Assembly (NCBI GenBank): GCA_977020255.1
Contig: CDROCS010001209.1
Coordinates: 124,001-188,000 of the forward strand
Direction of reading: 5' to 3'
DNA: 64,000 nt
Origin: Obrimoposthia wandeli
Taxonomy: Eukaryota
This document shows, in pieces, positions 11,827 through 23,573 of the stretch (position 1 is its first letter; each line of letters opens with the position of its first letter). The notes under the pieces were generated by a model that did no database searches, was not told the origin of the DNA, and saw nothing but the letters and a program-made list of their open reading frames with translations. A program made the position numbers and the translations under genes.

Positions 11827-12536
11827 TCCGCGTTAGTATTCATATCGGTATTAATAGGCGCCGTATTATATGATGAATTTTGATTGAATAGCACATTAGC
11901 GGCATTAGTATCGTCTACTTTTTCTGTCGTCACCATGCTCTGGCTTTGCTCTGTCGTACTTGTTTCAGCATCACCATTCATCATTTCGTCTAACTCAAGT
12001 TCAAGCTCTTGCTCCTCAATTTTATTGAAGATAGCGGTTAAGCGAGCAAGTTGACGCATGATTTGCTGTGCGGCTTGTTTACGCATGACATCTTCAAGTT
12101 CATCTCGCTCGACAGATTTTGCCAATGCTGTTAGCGGGTTATCCAAGAAGTTGCGTGTGACTTTTGTGGTGTATGTTTCAGTGCTTTTATTCGGTACTAC
12201 AATGCGATATTGAACAATATAGGTCAGTTCGTATTCGGCTTTACGGCTATTTTGGTACAACGATAAAGTGCGATCACTGGTTGATTCACCAATTAAGTGC
12301 AGATTAGGTACTGTTGCTGCTGGGGGAACAGCTTCAATGCCATGCAGCTTAAATTGGGATTCAACTAAGCGGGTTAATTTACTGTATTGGTCAAAACTGG
12401 TTAACGATAGTTTGGCGATATCATCAGGTAACATATAGTTACCACGAAGATGAAAACCACAAGAAGCAGTGGCTAGGGCAAGCACTGCAACAAACAAAGT
12501 ACGAAGGGTACTTTTGATAGAAAATAAAGCTTTCAC
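11823..12536 (-). CDS. lptE: LPS assembly lipoprotein LptE
   Basis: Lipobox TASC followed by GFHLRG; lies between leuS and holA. Confidence 0.93.
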   Translation of the reverse strand: MKALFSIKSTLRTLFVAVLALATASCGFHLRGNYMLPDDIAKLSLTSFDQYSKLTRLVESQFKLHGIEAVPPAATVPNLHLIGESTSDRTLSLYQNSRKAEYELTYIVQYRIVVPNKSTETYTTKVTRNFLDNPLTALAKSVERDELEDVMRKQAAQQIMRQLARLTAIFNKIEEQELELELDEMMNGDAETSTTEQSQSMVTTEKVDDTNAANVLFNQNSSYNTAPINTDMNTNAE

Positions 12537-12718
12537 CCAGTCAGCTCCTTGAAAAATTAGTGAAAACTAATCGATTAAGTGAAACGGTCTTGAATAAGAC
12601 AAAGATCGTTATTTTTGGTTCAATCGATAAATTATAAGATACGATTTCCGTTAAGCGGGAAATAGTATCTTATGTTTTTAGTTATTACTGTTAGCTGTAA
12701 TAACGGTTAGCAGTAAAA

Positions 12719-15304
12719 CTAGTTAGCAACGATGTTTAGTAGCTTACCTGGTACGTAAATAACTTTACGGATTGTTAGGCCATCTAGAAACTTAATTGCG
12801 TTTTCGTCTTTTAGGCCAAGTTCTTTCACTTGCTCTTCTGTTGCATCAGCAGCTACGATCAGTTTTGCACGCAACTTACCGTTGATCATTACAACAATCG
12901 TTTTTTCTTCTTCAACGAGTGCTTTCTCATCGAAAGTTGGCCATATTGCTGAATCTACGTCTGATTCACCTAGTGCTTCCCACATTTTAAAACTTGCGTG
13001 TGGTGTCATTGGGTAAAGCATAACAACAACCGCTTTCAATGCTTCATCAAGAAGGGCACGGTCTTGTGCTGATTCTTGAGGCGCTTTGTTTAGCTTGTTC
13101 ATTAGTTCCATGATTGCTGCAATTGCGGTGTTGAATGTTTGGCGACGGCCAATATCATCACTTACTTTTGCAATGGTTTTATGAACGTCACGACGAAGCG
13201 CTTTTTGATTGCCAGAAAGAGCGGCTACATCTAGTGCTTCAACGGTACCTTTGTTTGTGTGTTCATGAACTAATTTCCACACACGTTTTAGGAAGCGACT
13301 TGCGCCTTCAACGCCTGATTCTTGCCATTCAAGCGTCATGTCAGCAGGCGCTGCAAACATCATGAATAGACGAACAGTATCAGCGCCAAACTTATCAACC
13401 ATCTCTTGAGGGTCAATACCGTTGTTTTTAGACTTAGACATTTTGATCATGCCTGAGTGTTGAACTTCACGACCTTGATCATCAATTGCTTTTTCGATAC
13501 GGCCTTTTGCATCACGCTCAATAGTGACATCAGTAGGTGCGATCCATTCCTTTGTGCCTTTCTCGTTAGTGTGGTGGAATGCATCAGCAAGTACCATACC
13601 TTGACATAAAAGCTGCTTGAATGGTTCGTTTGACGTTACATAACCCGCATCACGCAATAGTTTGTGGAAGAAACGAGAGTACAGTAAGTGCATACATGCG
13701 TGCTCGATACCACCAACGTATTGGTCTACCGGTAGCCAGTAGTTCGCTTTTTCAGGATCTAGAATGTCATCAGCTTGTGGTGAACAGTAACGAGCGTAAT
13801 ACCAAGATGATTCCATAAAGGTATCAAAGGTATCTGTTTCACGCAGTGCTGGTTCGCCATTGAAGGTCGTTTTCGCCCATTCTTTATCTGCTTTGATTGG
13901 GCTAGTTACACCATCCATCACTACATCTTCAGGAAGAATAACGGGTAATTGGTCAGCAGGTACTGGGTGAACTTCACCATCTTCAGTCGTTACCATTGGG
14001 ATTGGAGCCCCCCAGTAGCGTTGACGAGATACACCCCAGTCACGTAGACGGAAGTTGATAGTTTTCTTGCCTTTACCTTCAACTTCTAATTTCGCAGCGA
14101 TAGCATCGAATGCTGCTTGGAAATCAAGACCGTCGAATTCACCTGAATCAAACAATACGCCTTTTTCAGTGTAAGCAGCGTCAGATACGTCTACATCAGA
14201 ACCGTCTTCAGGTTTGATTACAGGTATGATGTCGATGCCGTATTTAGTCGCAAATTCATAATCACGTTGATCGTGAGCAGGAACCGCCATTACCGCACCT
14301 GTGCCGTAATCCATTAACACGAAGTTTGCTACATAAATTGGCACTTCACGACCGTTAAGAGGATGTACAGCACGTAGGCCTGTATCCATCCCTTTCTTTT
14401 CCATCGTTGCTAGTTCAGCTTCAGCAACTTTGGTATTACGGCACTCTTCTGTGAACGCAAATAGCTCAGGATTTGTTGCTGCGGCTTGCTCTGCTAGAGG
14501 ATGACCAGCAGCGATACCAACGTAAGTAACACCCATTAGCGTATCTGGACGTGTGGTATACACTTCTAAAGGAGCTTCTTCGCCGTTAACAGCAAAAGAT
14601 AATTCAACACCTTCTGAGCGGCCAATCCAGTTACGTTGCATGGTTTTAACCATGTCAGGCCAAGCATCTAGAGTATCTAGATCATCAAGAAGTTCTTGTG
14701 CGTATTCAGTGATTTTAATGAACCACTGTGGAATTTTCTTTTGTTCTACAGGGGTATCACAACGCCAACAACAACCGTCTTCAACTTGTTCATTTGCAAG
14801 AACAGTTTGGTCGTTTGGACACCAGTTTACAGAAGAGGTTTTCTTATAAACTAGGCCTTTATTATACAGTTTTGTAAAGAACTCTTGTTCCCAACGGTAG
14901 TACTCAGGAGTACACGTTGCGAACTCACGGCTCCAATCATAACCAAAGCCTAATAGTTTAAGCTGGTTTTTCATGTATTCGATGTTTTCGTATGTCCAAG
15001 GCGCTGGCGCTGTTTTATTTTTAACAGCTGCATTTTCTGCAGGCAGACCAAATGCGTCCCAACCGATAGGTTGCATCACATTTTTGCCTTGTAGACGTTG
15101 GTAACGAGAAACAACATCACCGATGGTGTAGTTACGAACGTGTCCCATGTGTAGACGACCACTTGGGTACGGGAACATGGAGAGACAGTAGAATTTCTCT
15201 TTATTAGGATCTTCACTTACAACAAATGTTTTGTTGTTGTCCCAATGTTCTTGAACTTTTTGTTCAATGTCCTGCGGGCGATATTGTTCTTGCATCGATG
15301 GCAT
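12719..15304 (-). CDS. leuS: Leucine--tRNA ligase
   Basis: [13 protein letters not shown] (HIGH) and KMSKS motifs; 861 aa. Confidence 0.99.
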   Translation of the reverse strand: MPSMQEQYRPQDIEQKVQEHWDNNKTFVVSEDPNKEKFYCLSMFPYPSGRLHMGHVRNYTIGDVVSRYQRLQGKNVMQPIGWDAFGLPAENAAVKNKTAPAPWTYENIEYMKNQLKLLGFGYDWSREFATCTPEYYRWEQEFFTKLYNKGLVYKKTSSVNWCPNDQTVLANEQVEDGCCWRCDTPVEQKKIPQWFIKITEYAQELLDDLDTLDAWPDMVKTMQRNWIGRSEGVELSFAVNGEEAPLEVYTTRPDTLMGVTYVGIAAGHPLAEQAAATNPELFAFTEECRNTKVAEAELATMEKKGMDTGLRAVHPLNGREVPIYVANFVLMDYGTGAVMAVPAHDQRDYEFATKYGIDIIPVIKPEDGSDVDVSDAAYTEKGVLFDSGEFDGLDFQAAFDAIAAKLEVEGKGKKTINFRLRDWGVSRQRYWGAPIPMVTTEDGEVHPVPADQLPVILPEDVVMDGVTSPIKADKEWAKTTFNGEPALRETDTFDTFMESSWYYARYCSPQADDILDPEKANYWLPVDQYVGGIEHACMHLLYSRFFHKLLRDAGYVTSNEPFKQLLCQGMVLADAFHHTNEKGTKEWIAPTDVTIERDAKGRIEKAIDDQGREVQHSGMIKMSKSKNNGIDPQEMVDKFGADTVRLFMMFAAPADMTLEWQESGVEGASRFLKRVWKLVHEHTNKGTVEALDVAALSGNQKALRRDVHKTIAKVSDDIGRRQTFNTAIAAIMELMNKLNKAPQESAQDRALLDEALKAVVVMLYPMTPHASFKMWEALGESDVDSAIWPTFDEKALVEEEKTIVVMINGKLRAKLIVAADATEEQVKELGLKDENAIKFLDGLTIRKVIYVPGKLLNIVAN

Positions 15305-15482
15305 CCAGGAATTTGTGAGTTGAGTACAAACACAGTCTATATAATCGACATAGAATAACTAAAGGTAAAGGTGTCAACAATAGCTGAGACCAATTCGGGG
15401 GATTTATTGTTGCTTTGAACAGGCAATTTACACGTTTTTAGACCAATAATTACTATTATAGCGATTGGGAAGGAGATGAGTT

Positions 15483-15965
15483 ATGGCTAAACAAAAAGCG
15501 GAATATGAGGCCTTACTTGAAAAGGTCACGGAAACCTTGAGGCACAGCCCTGAAGAACTGAAAGATTGGGTGGAGACAACCGAGAAGTATCGTCAAGCTG
15601 CGAGTGACATGACAAAGGATGAATGGGCGTTAATTTCGGCTTATTTAAAACGAGATTTAAAAGAGTTCGGAAAAAACGTGGAAGAGAGCCCTGAACCTTT
15701 CGCAGAAAGCCCATTTTATAAACTCGTTTCTGAATCAATTTGGAGCGGTTTAGCTGAAATTACGGATAAAACGCAGATTGAATGGCATGAGCTGATGGAT
15801 GATCTTCAGCATCAAGGTATTTACCAAACTGGTGAAATTGTGGGGTTGGGAAAACTAGTGTGTGAAAAGTGCGGCCATCATGAAATATACAGCCATGCTA
15901 AACGCATTGAACTGTGCTCCCAGTGCGGGCACGATCAATTTACTCGGCAGTCACTGACGCCGTGA
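15483..15965 (+). CDS. Zinc-ribbon-containing protein (DUF1451-like)
   Basis: C-terminal CEKC..CSQC; divergent from leuS. Confidence 0.8.
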   Translation: MAKQKAEYEALLEKVTETLRHSPEELKDWVETTEKYRQAASDMTKDEWALISAYLKRDLKEFGKNVEESPEPFAESPFYKLVSESIWSGLAEITDKTQIEWHELMDDLQHQGIYQTGEIVGLGKLVCEKCGHHEIYSHAKRIELCSQCGHDQFTRQSLTP

Positions 15966-16068
15966 ATCATGTGATAAACCTGATGTTACAAACCGAAAAG
16001 CCAACGAACAAGGCGGGTAATGCTTGGCGCTTCCCCGTCTTGTTCTCTACATACTGTCGATTGAGTAA

Positions 16069-16746
16069 CTAGGGCTTTTCGATCGTGTCGCCCATAATAA
16101 CAGTCGAGCTATCATCAAGTTGTTCTGTTGGTTTACCTGTCTCTAAATCCGTCACACCTTGCTGTTCAGTTAACGGTGTCAGTGCTTCATAACTGAACTT
16201 CTGACCTGCGATAGAGGCTTCAATCATCATGCCACCTTTGGCACTCGTGAAGACAGCTACGCCATTAATATAGCTAGAATCGACATAATTACCCCCAGCG
16301 CCAGCGCCAACACCACCGGTGCCCGCTTTTGCCTGCGCGCCTTCTGTTAGCGCAACCGCAGATGCCTGTGCATCTAATTCAAAACTCCCCCCAATAAAGC
16401 GTTCATAAGCACGTTTATCTTGGAAGAAGATTATTTCACTGTACGACTGCCCACCAAACTGTAATCCAAAAGAGACTTGGTATAATTTGGCGAAGCCTGT
16501 TATCTCATTGGCTTGGTACACACTACCTGTACCATAAGCCCCTCCGACCCAAAAACCGCCTTTACCAACCGATGGAAAAACCGCGTAGCCGTAAGATGAG
16601 TAGAAAAATGGTTGTGTTTGTTTCGCTTGTTGGAACTGCTTTAAGACGGCTTGTGTTTCATAATCTTCTTTAGCAACGGAACTGGTAGCAAAACATAGCA
16701 AGGTTAGTGTACTTAATACGGCAAAGATACGCTGTATGGCTTTCAT
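16069..16746 (-). CDS. Secreted YSC84/SYLF-domain lipid-binding protein
   Basis: Signal peptide; VFPSVGKGGFWVGG, FGLQFGGQ, GGMMIEASIAGQKF. Confidence 0.8.
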   Translation of the reverse strand: MKAIQRIFAVLSTLTLLCFATSSVAKEDYETQAVLKQFQQAKQTQPFFYSSYGYAVFPSVGKGGFWVGGAYGTGSVYQANEITGFAKLYQVSFGLQFGGQSYSEIIFFQDKRAYERFIGGSFELDAQASAVALTEGAQAKAGTGGVGAGAGGNYVDSSYINGVAVFTSAKGGMMIEASIAGQKFSYEALTPLTEQQGVTDLETGKPTEQLDDSSTVIMGDTIEKP

Positions 16747-16792
16747 TAAGGCTATCCTTTAACAAGTGGCTTGGGTATATAGTAACAATATG

Positions 16793-16826
16793 AAAAAAAA
16801 GGCGAAGAGTTAATCTTCGCCTTTTT
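16793..16826. terminator. Intrinsic terminator after lnt
   Basis: A-tract-ggcgaaga..tcttcgcc-T-tract. Confidence 0.85.
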
Positions 16827-16842
16827 GATTCATTTTCAGCCT

Positions 16843-18396
16843 CTATTCAGTTTCTACCGGCCTTGTATCTCTAAAACGGCCGGAACGGCGTCGAATTAAT
16901 ATCATAGACAATGTTAATGACCATAATGAGTAGAAGTACAATGGCCAGCTACCCAGAGTTGTATAGGGCGTTAAGCCTTCTGTGGGTGTAATCGTTGCCC
17001 GAAGCACTGCCGTTTCAAATTGTGGAATTTGCTTGATGATTTGACCAGTATGGTCAACAACAGCAGTGATCCCCGTATTGGTTGAGCGGATTAACGGTTT
17101 ACCGAGTTCAAGTGCCCGCATCTGGGCTATTTCCATATGCTGAAATGGTCCAATGGATGTGCCAAACCATGCATCGTTCGATAAGGTCAGTAGCAGCTCG
17201 GTATCGATATTCACATTTTTTCGAACTTGTTCACTGAATGCGATTTCGTAACACAGTGCAGGTGCGATTGAGTAGCCGTTGGCTTCCAAATTCGGTTGAA
17301 CTAAATCACCACGACTGAACGAAGACATCGGTAAGTTGAACAAAGGTGCGATAGGGCGTAATAAGTCGCCAAATGGCACAAATTCACCAAATGGTAATAA
17401 GTGATGCTTGCTATAACGAGTTGCCTTATCGTATTGATAAGGTCCATATGCATTTTTACCCAGTGTGAGAATATTATTGAAATATTGCCCATCTTCTTTT
17501 TGATCTAACACTCCCGTAATAACCGTACTGTTGTTATTGCGGGCAGCACTGTCGAGGTTTTGTAAAAACGTTGGAAGATGTGCTTCTAAAGCTGGAATTG
17601 CTGCTTCAGGCCACACTATGATATCAGCATCCCAATTTTCACGGGTGAGATCCGTGTACTTCATTAATGTCGGCCAACGTTCACTAGGCAGCCACTTGAG
17701 CTCTTGTGGAACGTTACCTTGAATCAAGGCGACATCGAGATTTTTCGTTGGATCGGGAACCACCCAACTCACCGTACTTGCAGCCCACGTCAATGCCATG
17801 ATGAGCACAGGTACCATCAGTGGCTTCCAGTTACGGTAAGCCAGCGAGGCGACAAGTGCGCCTGACATTAATACTAAGGCGAGGGTTATTCCTTCAACGC
17901 CTAATATAGGCGCTAATGAGGCGAGTGGGCTATCTATTTGACCGTAACCCATCCATAGCCAAGGGAAGCCCGTTAATGCCCAGCCTCTCACCCAATCAAG
18001 CAGCAACCAAATAACAGGGCCACTGAGCATTAATTGATGAAACGGTCGGCCACGGTTAAAACGGTTGAAGAGCGCGCCAAAAGCGGCGGGGTATAAAGCG
18101 AGGTAGCTGATCAGTGACGACATTAAGAAGACACTGGCAATCTTGGGCATACCCCCGAAAGTATCAATACTAACGTGTACCCAGCTAATGCCTGTGCCAA
18201 AGAGCCCTAAGCCCCACAAAAAGCCAATTAACCCAGAACGCTTTACTGTTTGCTCTTGTAACAGCCATAACAGTAATGCAATTGAAACTGGTGCTAACAG
18301 CCAATAATTATAGGGAGCGAAGGAGAGGGTCGCAATTGCGCCCGCTGGAACGGCTAATAATAGCCGTCCTAATGATAAAAATGATTTTTTGGTCAT
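16843..18396 (-). CDS. lnt: Apolipoprotein N-acyltransferase
   Basis: WPEAA, KHHLLPFGE, LCYEIAF (E-K-C triad), SNDAWFG. Confidence 0.97.
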   Translation of the reverse strand: MTKKSFLSLGRLLLAVPAGAIATLSFAPYNYWLLAPVSIALLLWLLQEQTVKRSGLIGFLWGLGLFGTGISWVHVSIDTFGGMPKIASVFLMSSLISYLALYPAAFGALFNRFNRGRPFHQLMLSGPVIWLLLDWVRGWALTGFPWLWMGYGQIDSPLASLAPILGVEGITLALVLMSGALVASLAYRNWKPLMVPVLIMALTWAASTVSWVVPDPTKNLDVALIQGNVPQELKWLPSERWPTLMKYTDLTRENWDADIIVWPEAAIPALEAHLPTFLQNLDSAARNNNSTVITGVLDQKEDGQYFNNILTLGKNAYGPYQYDKATRYSKHHLLPFGEFVPFGDLLRPIAPLFNLPMSSFSRGDLVQPNLEANGYSIAPALCYEIAFSEQVRKNVNIDTELLLTLSNDAWFGTSIGPFQHMEIAQMRALELGKPLIRSTNTGITAVVDHTGQIIKQIPQFETAVLRATITPTEGLTPYTTLGSWPLYFYSLWSLTLSMILIRRRSGRFRDTRPVETE

Positions 18397-18398
18397 TG

Positions 18399-19271
18399 TT
18401 AAGAAGTGATTGTCGGTTGATAGGCCTTGTTAGGTACAGTTACTTGTAACTGTATAACTCGGCGATTATCGGCAGAAGTCACTTTAAATGAGTAACCACT
18501 GAGTTCAACGACTTCTCCTCGAGAGGGAAGGTGACCAAAGCTGGTCATAACCAGACCACCTACAGTATCGACTTCTTCATCGCTGTATGTAGTTTGGAAC
18601 ATATCGTTGAAATCATCGATAGTAGTCAGTGCTTTTACCGCGTATGTATGTTTACTTAACTGACGAATTTCTTGTTCTTCTTCGTCGTCGAATTCATCTT
18701 CGATTTCGCCAACGATTTGTTCCAAGATATCTTCGATGGTGATAACACCAGAGACGCCGCCAAATTCATCGACAACAATCGCCATGTGATAGCGTTCTTC
18801 ACGGAACTCTTTCAATAGACGATCGACACGCTTGCTTTCCGGTACAACAACGGCCGGACGCAGAACTTTATCCATGTCGAAAGGCTCACTCTCAGGCAGT
18901 AGGTAACGTAGCAAATCTTTTGCCAGTAAAATACCTTCTACATGATCCTTGTCATCACTGATGACAGGGTAGCGAGAGTGCTGTGCATCTACGATCAAAT
19001 TAATAAGATCTTCTAACTTCTGAGAACGTTCAATGGTGATGATCTGAGAGCGTGGGATCATAATGTCACGCACTCGCATTTCTGCTATTTCCATCACACC
19101 TTCGAGCATGTCGCGGGTGTCGTGGTCAATCAGATCGTTTTCTTCCGAATCACGGAAAACTTCAACCAGTTCTTCTCGGTTCTGTGGTTCGCCTTGGAAC
19201 AATTGACCGATACGTTCAAAGAAGGACTTTCTACTCGGACCTTCAGAATTTTGGGGGTTATCTTCGTTCAT
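18399..19271 (-). CDS. corC: CBS/CorC magnesium and cobalt transport protein (YbeX)
   Basis: Tandem CBS domains; [16 protein letters not shown]. Confidence 0.95.
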   Translation of the reverse strand: MNEDNPQNSEGPSRKSFFERIGQLFQGEPQNREELVEVFRDSEENDLIDHDTRDMLEGVMEIAEMRVRDIMIPRSQIITIERSQKLEDLINLIVDAQHSRYPVISDDKDHVEGILLAKDLLRYLLPESEPFDMDKVLRPAVVVPESKRVDRLLKEFREERYHMAIVVDEFGGVSGVITIEDILEQIVGEIEDEFDDEEEQEIRQLSKHTYAVKALTTIDDFNDMFQTTYSDEEVDTVGGLVMTSFGHLPSRGEVVELSGYSFKVTSADNRRVIQLQVTVPNKAYQPTITS

Positions 19272-19372
19272 TATTTACTTTCAGCAAATAGCTAGTATGT
19301 CAGCTAAGTGGACATGTCCACGGAGATGTTATTCGCTTATAGTAACAAGCAAATAACGGTTTTCTGTGTTAA

Positions 19373-19837
19373 CTATTCTTTTTCAGCAGCAAATGGATCA
19401 GCAAAGCCCATTTTTTCGATGATTTCAGTCTCTAAAGACTCCATCTCTTCTGCTTCTTCATCTTCGATATGATCATAACCTAGCAGATGAAGTGTGCCAT
19501 GTACAACCATATGTGCCCAATGAGCATTGAGTGGTTTATCTTGCTCTTTTGCCTCAATTTCAACAACCTGACGACAAATAATGAGATCACCAAGAAGATC
19601 GAGTTCTATGCCTGGTGGTGCTTCAAAGGGGAAAGACAACACGTTAGTGGGCTTGTCTTTACCTCGATATTCAAGGTTTAACGCCTGGCTTTCTTTTACA
19701 TCAACAATACGAATGGTGATTTCTGCATCGGATTGAAAAAGCGTAACAGCCGCTTCAAACCATTGTTGAAACTCATCTTCAGAAGGAAGACCGTCTTGGT
19801 TTTCTGTTGCGTACTGTAAATCTAAGTATGTTGCCAT
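19373..19837 (-). CDS. ybeY: rRNA maturation endoribonuclease YbeY
   Basis: [11 protein letters not shown] zinc motif. Confidence 0.97.
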   Translation of the reverse strand: MATYLDLQYATENQDGLPSEDEFQQWFEAAVTLFQSDAEITIRIVDVKESQALNLEYRGKDKPTNVLSFPFEAPPGIELDLLGDLIICRQVVEIEAKEQDKPLNAHWAHMVVHGTLHLLGYDHIEDEEAEEMESLETEIIEKMGFADPFAAEKE

Positions 19838-19843
19838 GAGGTA

Positions 19844-20905
19844 TTATTTCTCTACTTCTGTTACTTGGCTTGCCGCAAACTCTTCACGGCGACGTTGTTC
19901 TGTTTGCTTCTTTTGTTTCTGATCTTCTGATTCCCACGCTTCATAAGCGAGCACGATACGTGCAACCACAGGGTGTCGAACGACATCAGCCGCTTGGAAG
20001 AAGTTAAAGCTAATCTCGTCTACTTCTGAGAGTACTTCAATTGCATGGCGCAAACCAGAACGAGCACCACGAGGTAAATCAATTTGAGTGACATCACCGG
20101 TGATCACTGCACGAGAGTTAAAGCCAATACGGGTTAAGAACATTTTCATTTGTTCTACCGTGGTATTTTGGCTCTCGTCTAAAATAATGAACGCATCATT
20201 TAAAGTACGTCCACGCATATATGCTAATGGGGCAACTTCAATAACATTTCGTTCAATTAATTTCTCTACGCGTTCAAAACCGAGCATTTCAAATAAGGCA
20301 TCGTAAAGAGGACGTAGATAAGGATCCACCTTCTGGCTTAGGTCGCCAGGCAAGAAGCCGAGTTTTTCTCCTGCTTCAACCGCTGGGCGGGTAAGCAGAA
20401 TACGGCGAACCTCTTGACGCTCTAATGCGTCAACCGCAGCAGCGACCGCAAGGTAAGTTTTACCCGTACCAGCAGGGCCGACACCAAACGTAATATCATG
20501 ACTAATCATGTTTGTGATGTATTGTGTTTGATTCGGTGTGCGAGGCTTGATCACGCCTTTTTTGGTCTTAATGTGGATCTCTTTGCCAAAGGGAATGCTT
20601 GATTTTGTTGTTTGCTCTAAAACTCCAGATTCTTTAATGGCTAAGTGAATGCGATCGGGTTCGATATCTGGGATTTTGTTATGAACAGGCGCAGTATCAA
20701 CGTATAAATCTTTGATGATTTCGGCTGTCGCCTCAGCAGTGTGGGCTTGTCCAACAACACTGAAGCTGTTGCTACGGTGGTTTATCTCAACCCCCATGCG
20801 ACGTTCTAGTTGTTTGATATTATCGTCGAAAGGGCCGCAAATACTGGCAAGTCTTTGGTTATTTGCGGGTTCTAAATTAAATTCTACAGTAATGATTTTG
20901 CTCAA
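19844..20905 (-). CDS. ybeZ: PhoH-like ATPase YbeZ (probable TTG start at 20905)
   Basis: GPAGTGKT Walker A, RPAVEAGE, LDESQN. Confidence 0.95.
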   Translation of the reverse strand: MSKIITVEFNLEPANNQRLASICGPFDDNIKQLERRMGVEINHRSNSFSVVGQAHTAEATAEIIKDLYVDTAPVHNKIPDIEPDRIHLAIKESGVLEQTTKSSIPFGKEIHIKTKKGVIKPRTPNQTQYITNMISHDITFGVGPAGTGKTYLAVAAAVDALERQEVRRILLTRPAVEAGEKLGFLPGDLSQKVDPYLRPLYDALFEMLGFERVEKLIERNVIEVAPLAYMRGRTLNDAFIILDESQNTTVEQMKMFLTRIGFNSRAVITGDVTQIDLPRGARSGLRHAIEVLSEVDEISFNFFQAADVVRHPVVARIVLAYEAWESEDQKQKKQTEQRRREEFAASQVTEVEK

Positions 20906-21019
20906 GGTTTGCCTCTCATTGAGGTCGTCTGCCACAGCAGACGACCATATTTTTCAGGGCATGTGTCCTACTTTCATTTCAGACAGACGTTATATTCTCG
21001 TCTTTAGACACAGGTCTTA

Positions 21020-22444
21020 TTACGGAGTATATACGCCTACACCCAATTCATCTTCTTTGCGTGCTTTTTCCATGACTTCTAACGGTGTCATGGCAACACG
21101 TAGTTCCATTTCTGCTTCAGTACGTACCAATTCGCCACGTAGTGAGTTAGTGAATACGTCAGTGATATTTACATCAACAAATTGACCAATTAACTCAGCA
21201 GAGCCTTCAAAGTTTACAATGCGGTTGTTCTCGGTACGACCGCGTAATTCCATAATGTTTTTACGAGAAGGTCCTTCAACAAGAATACGCTGCTCGGTGT
21301 TTAACATTTGGCGTGCATGACGCATAGCTTGAGTATTGATCTGTTGTTGCAGTTCATACAAGCGTTCTTTTTTAACTTTTTCAGGGATATCACATGGATA
21401 ATCAGCTGCAGGCGTACCTGGACGTGGAGAGAAGACAAAACTGTAGCTAATATCAAAATCAATATCACGGATCAGTTTCATCGTATCTTGGAAGTCTTGG
21501 TCGCTTTCACCAGGGAACGCAACGATAAAGTCTGAACTCATCGTGATATCTGGGCGCACTTTACGCAGCTTGCGAATTTTAGATTTGTACTCAAGAACAG
21601 TGTGAGGGCGCTTCATCATCGTTAGAATACGATCTGAACCACTTTGTACTGGTAGGTGCAAATAGTTTACAAGCTCTGGCGTATCGGTATAAACATCAAT
21701 GATATCGTCAGTAAATTCGATTGGGTGGCTGGTGGTGTAACGAATACGGTCGATACCATCAATCGCGGCAACTAAACGCAGTAATTCTGCGAATGACGCC
21801 ATTTCGCCATCGTGAGTTGGGCCACGGAAAGCATTTACGTTTTGACCTAATAGGTTAACTTCACGAACGCCTTGCTCTGCAAGTTGAGCTATTTCATAAA
21901 GAACGTCATCTATCGGGCGGCTCACTTCTTCACCACGTGTATAAGGCACTACGCAGTATGTACAGTACTTAGAACAACCTTCCATGATTGAAACGAAGGC
22001 TGTTGCCCCGTCAGCACGTGGTTCTGGTAAGTTGTCGAACTTCTCAACCTCTGGAAAAGAAATATCCATCACTGGTCCGTGATTAGATTGAGAATTTTTG
22101 ATCATCTGTGGTAAACGGTGCAGGGTTTGTGGACCAAAAATGACATCCACGTACGGTGCACGCTTGCGAATCGAATCGCCTTCTTGCGTCGCAACACAAC
22201 CACCAACACCAATGATAAGATCAGGCTTTTTCTCTTTTAAGCGCTTCCAGCGACCGAGCTGGTGGAACACTTTTTCTTGTGCCTTTTCACGGATAGAACA
22301 GGTGTTAAGCAGCAGCACATCTGCTTCTTCTGGGACTTCTGTTAGCTCGAAGCCGTTGGCAGCATTGAGAAGATCTGCCATTTTAGATGAATCGTATTCG
22401 TTCATCTGGCAGCCCCAGGTTTTAATCAGCAGTTTCTTAGGCAT
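21020..22444 (-). CDS. miaB: tRNA-2-methylthio-N6-dimethylallyladenosine synthase
   Basis: [20 protein letters not shown]-terminal TRAM domain. Confidence 0.98.
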   Translation of the reverse strand: MPKKLLIKTWGCQMNEYDSSKMADLLNAANGFELTEVPEEADVLLLNTCSIREKAQEKVFHQLGRWKRLKEKKPDLIIGVGGCVATQEGDSIRKRAPYVDVIFGPQTLHRLPQMIKNSQSNHGPVMDISFPEVEKFDNLPEPRADGATAFVSIMEGCSKYCTYCVVPYTRGEEVSRPIDDVLYEIAQLAEQGVREVNLLGQNVNAFRGPTHDGEMASFAELLRLVAAIDGIDRIRYTTSHPIEFTDDIIDVYTDTPELVNYLHLPVQSGSDRILTMMKRPHTVLEYKSKIRKLRKVRPDITMSSDFIVAFPGESDQDFQDTMKLIRDIDFDISYSFVFSPRPGTPAADYPCDIPEKVKKERLYELQQQINTQAMRHARQMLNTEQRILVEGPSRKNIMELRGRTENNRIVNFEGSAELIGQFVDVNITDVFTNSLRGELVRTEAEMELRVAMTPLEVMEKARKEDELGVGVYTP

Positions 22445-22699
22445 GTCTAACTCTTCACTCGTAGTGTTTATTCATTGCATTCAACATCGCAGGGTACGTT
22501 GCTCTTACAGGTTTATCGCTGACAATAACAGCTACCCGTTAGCAAGCCGCGTATTGTACTGCTTTACGCTCGGTCTGACTAGATCATCACCACCCCGAAT
22601 AAATTGTGGTTTTAAAAGGGGGCAGATAAAAGAATCGTCGGTTACTTGTTAGTGTTTAACTTTTGCTTTGTAGTTAATAACCTAGATGAAACGAGAGCG

Positions 22700-23383
22700 T
22701 TAAAGTTGATTTAAGGTTCCCATCCCAAGTTGTCGCATTTGTTTCGTAATCCAATGGCTACGCTTGTATACATACTGGCTCATTGGGTTAGCTTTGATCT
22801 TATAGGGGTTGGGTAACACTGCTGCTAACTGTGCCGCCTGTTGAGCTGATAACCGACTGGCTGGAATTGCAAAGTAGTTTTGACTTGCCGCTTCAATACC
22901 ATATAAGCCTGGACCAAACTCAATCACATTTAGATACACTTCTAATATACGGCTCTTGTCCCAGATCAGCTCCATTAGCACGGAAAAGTACAGCTCAATC
23001 CCTTTTCGAATAAAGGAACGGGCAGGAAAAAGGTAAACATTCTTGGCTGTTTGCTGCGTTATGGTACTTGCCCCTCTATTGGGCCCTTCAGCGCCACTTT
23101 GTTTTACCACCATTAGAATAGCGTTGAGATCGATACCAATATGCTGAGGGAAAGTTTGATCTTCAGAAGCGATAACAGCAAGTTGTGCATTTTTAGATAT
23201 CGCGCTTAACTCGACCCATTGATGTGTCGATTGGGAAGGATAACCGCTGGGTGGGAAAAGCGTACGATGAATTTTCCAACCCCAAATAGGTGGATCAACA
23301 AACTTACCTATAACCACTAAGACAATAGGAAAAAGTAAGATAAAAGCCAGTGCTTTATAGATAAAACGTTTTAGTTTAGACAA
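22700..23383 (-). CDS. mtgA: Monofunctional peptidoglycan transglycosylase
   Basis: SEDQTF, GASTITQQTAKN, YLNVIEFG. Confidence 0.93.
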   Translation of the reverse strand: MSKLKRFIYKALAFILLFPIVLVVIGKFVDPPIWGWKIHRTLFPPSGYPSQSTHQWVELSAISKNAQLAVIASEDQTFPQHIGIDLNAILMVVKQSGAEGPNRGASTITQQTAKNVYLFPARSFIRKGIELYFSVLMELIWDKSRILEVYLNVIEFGPGLYGIEAASQNYFAIPASRLSAQQAAQLAAVLPNPYKIKANPMSQYVYKRSHWITKQMRQLGMGTLNQL

Positions 23384-23573
23384 TGTATTTCAAATGATAA
23401 GTGGCTTCTAGCCCCATCGTAGTCAAATAAAATGGAGTATTCAAATTTTCACCTCATCAGTAATACCATGATTGGTCGCTAAGAAATGTAGACTTAGTGT
23501 ATTAATAATCAGCGCATCATCGTTAGAATTGGGTAAAATGAAAGTGTCATTAAGCATAGAGATGGAAGTGGAT

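Noticed and set aside
20712-22652. Antisense ORFs of 157 aa (20712-21185) and 184 aa (22098-22652)
   Set aside because: They shadow ybeZ and miaB on the opposite strand with no RBS or family motif.
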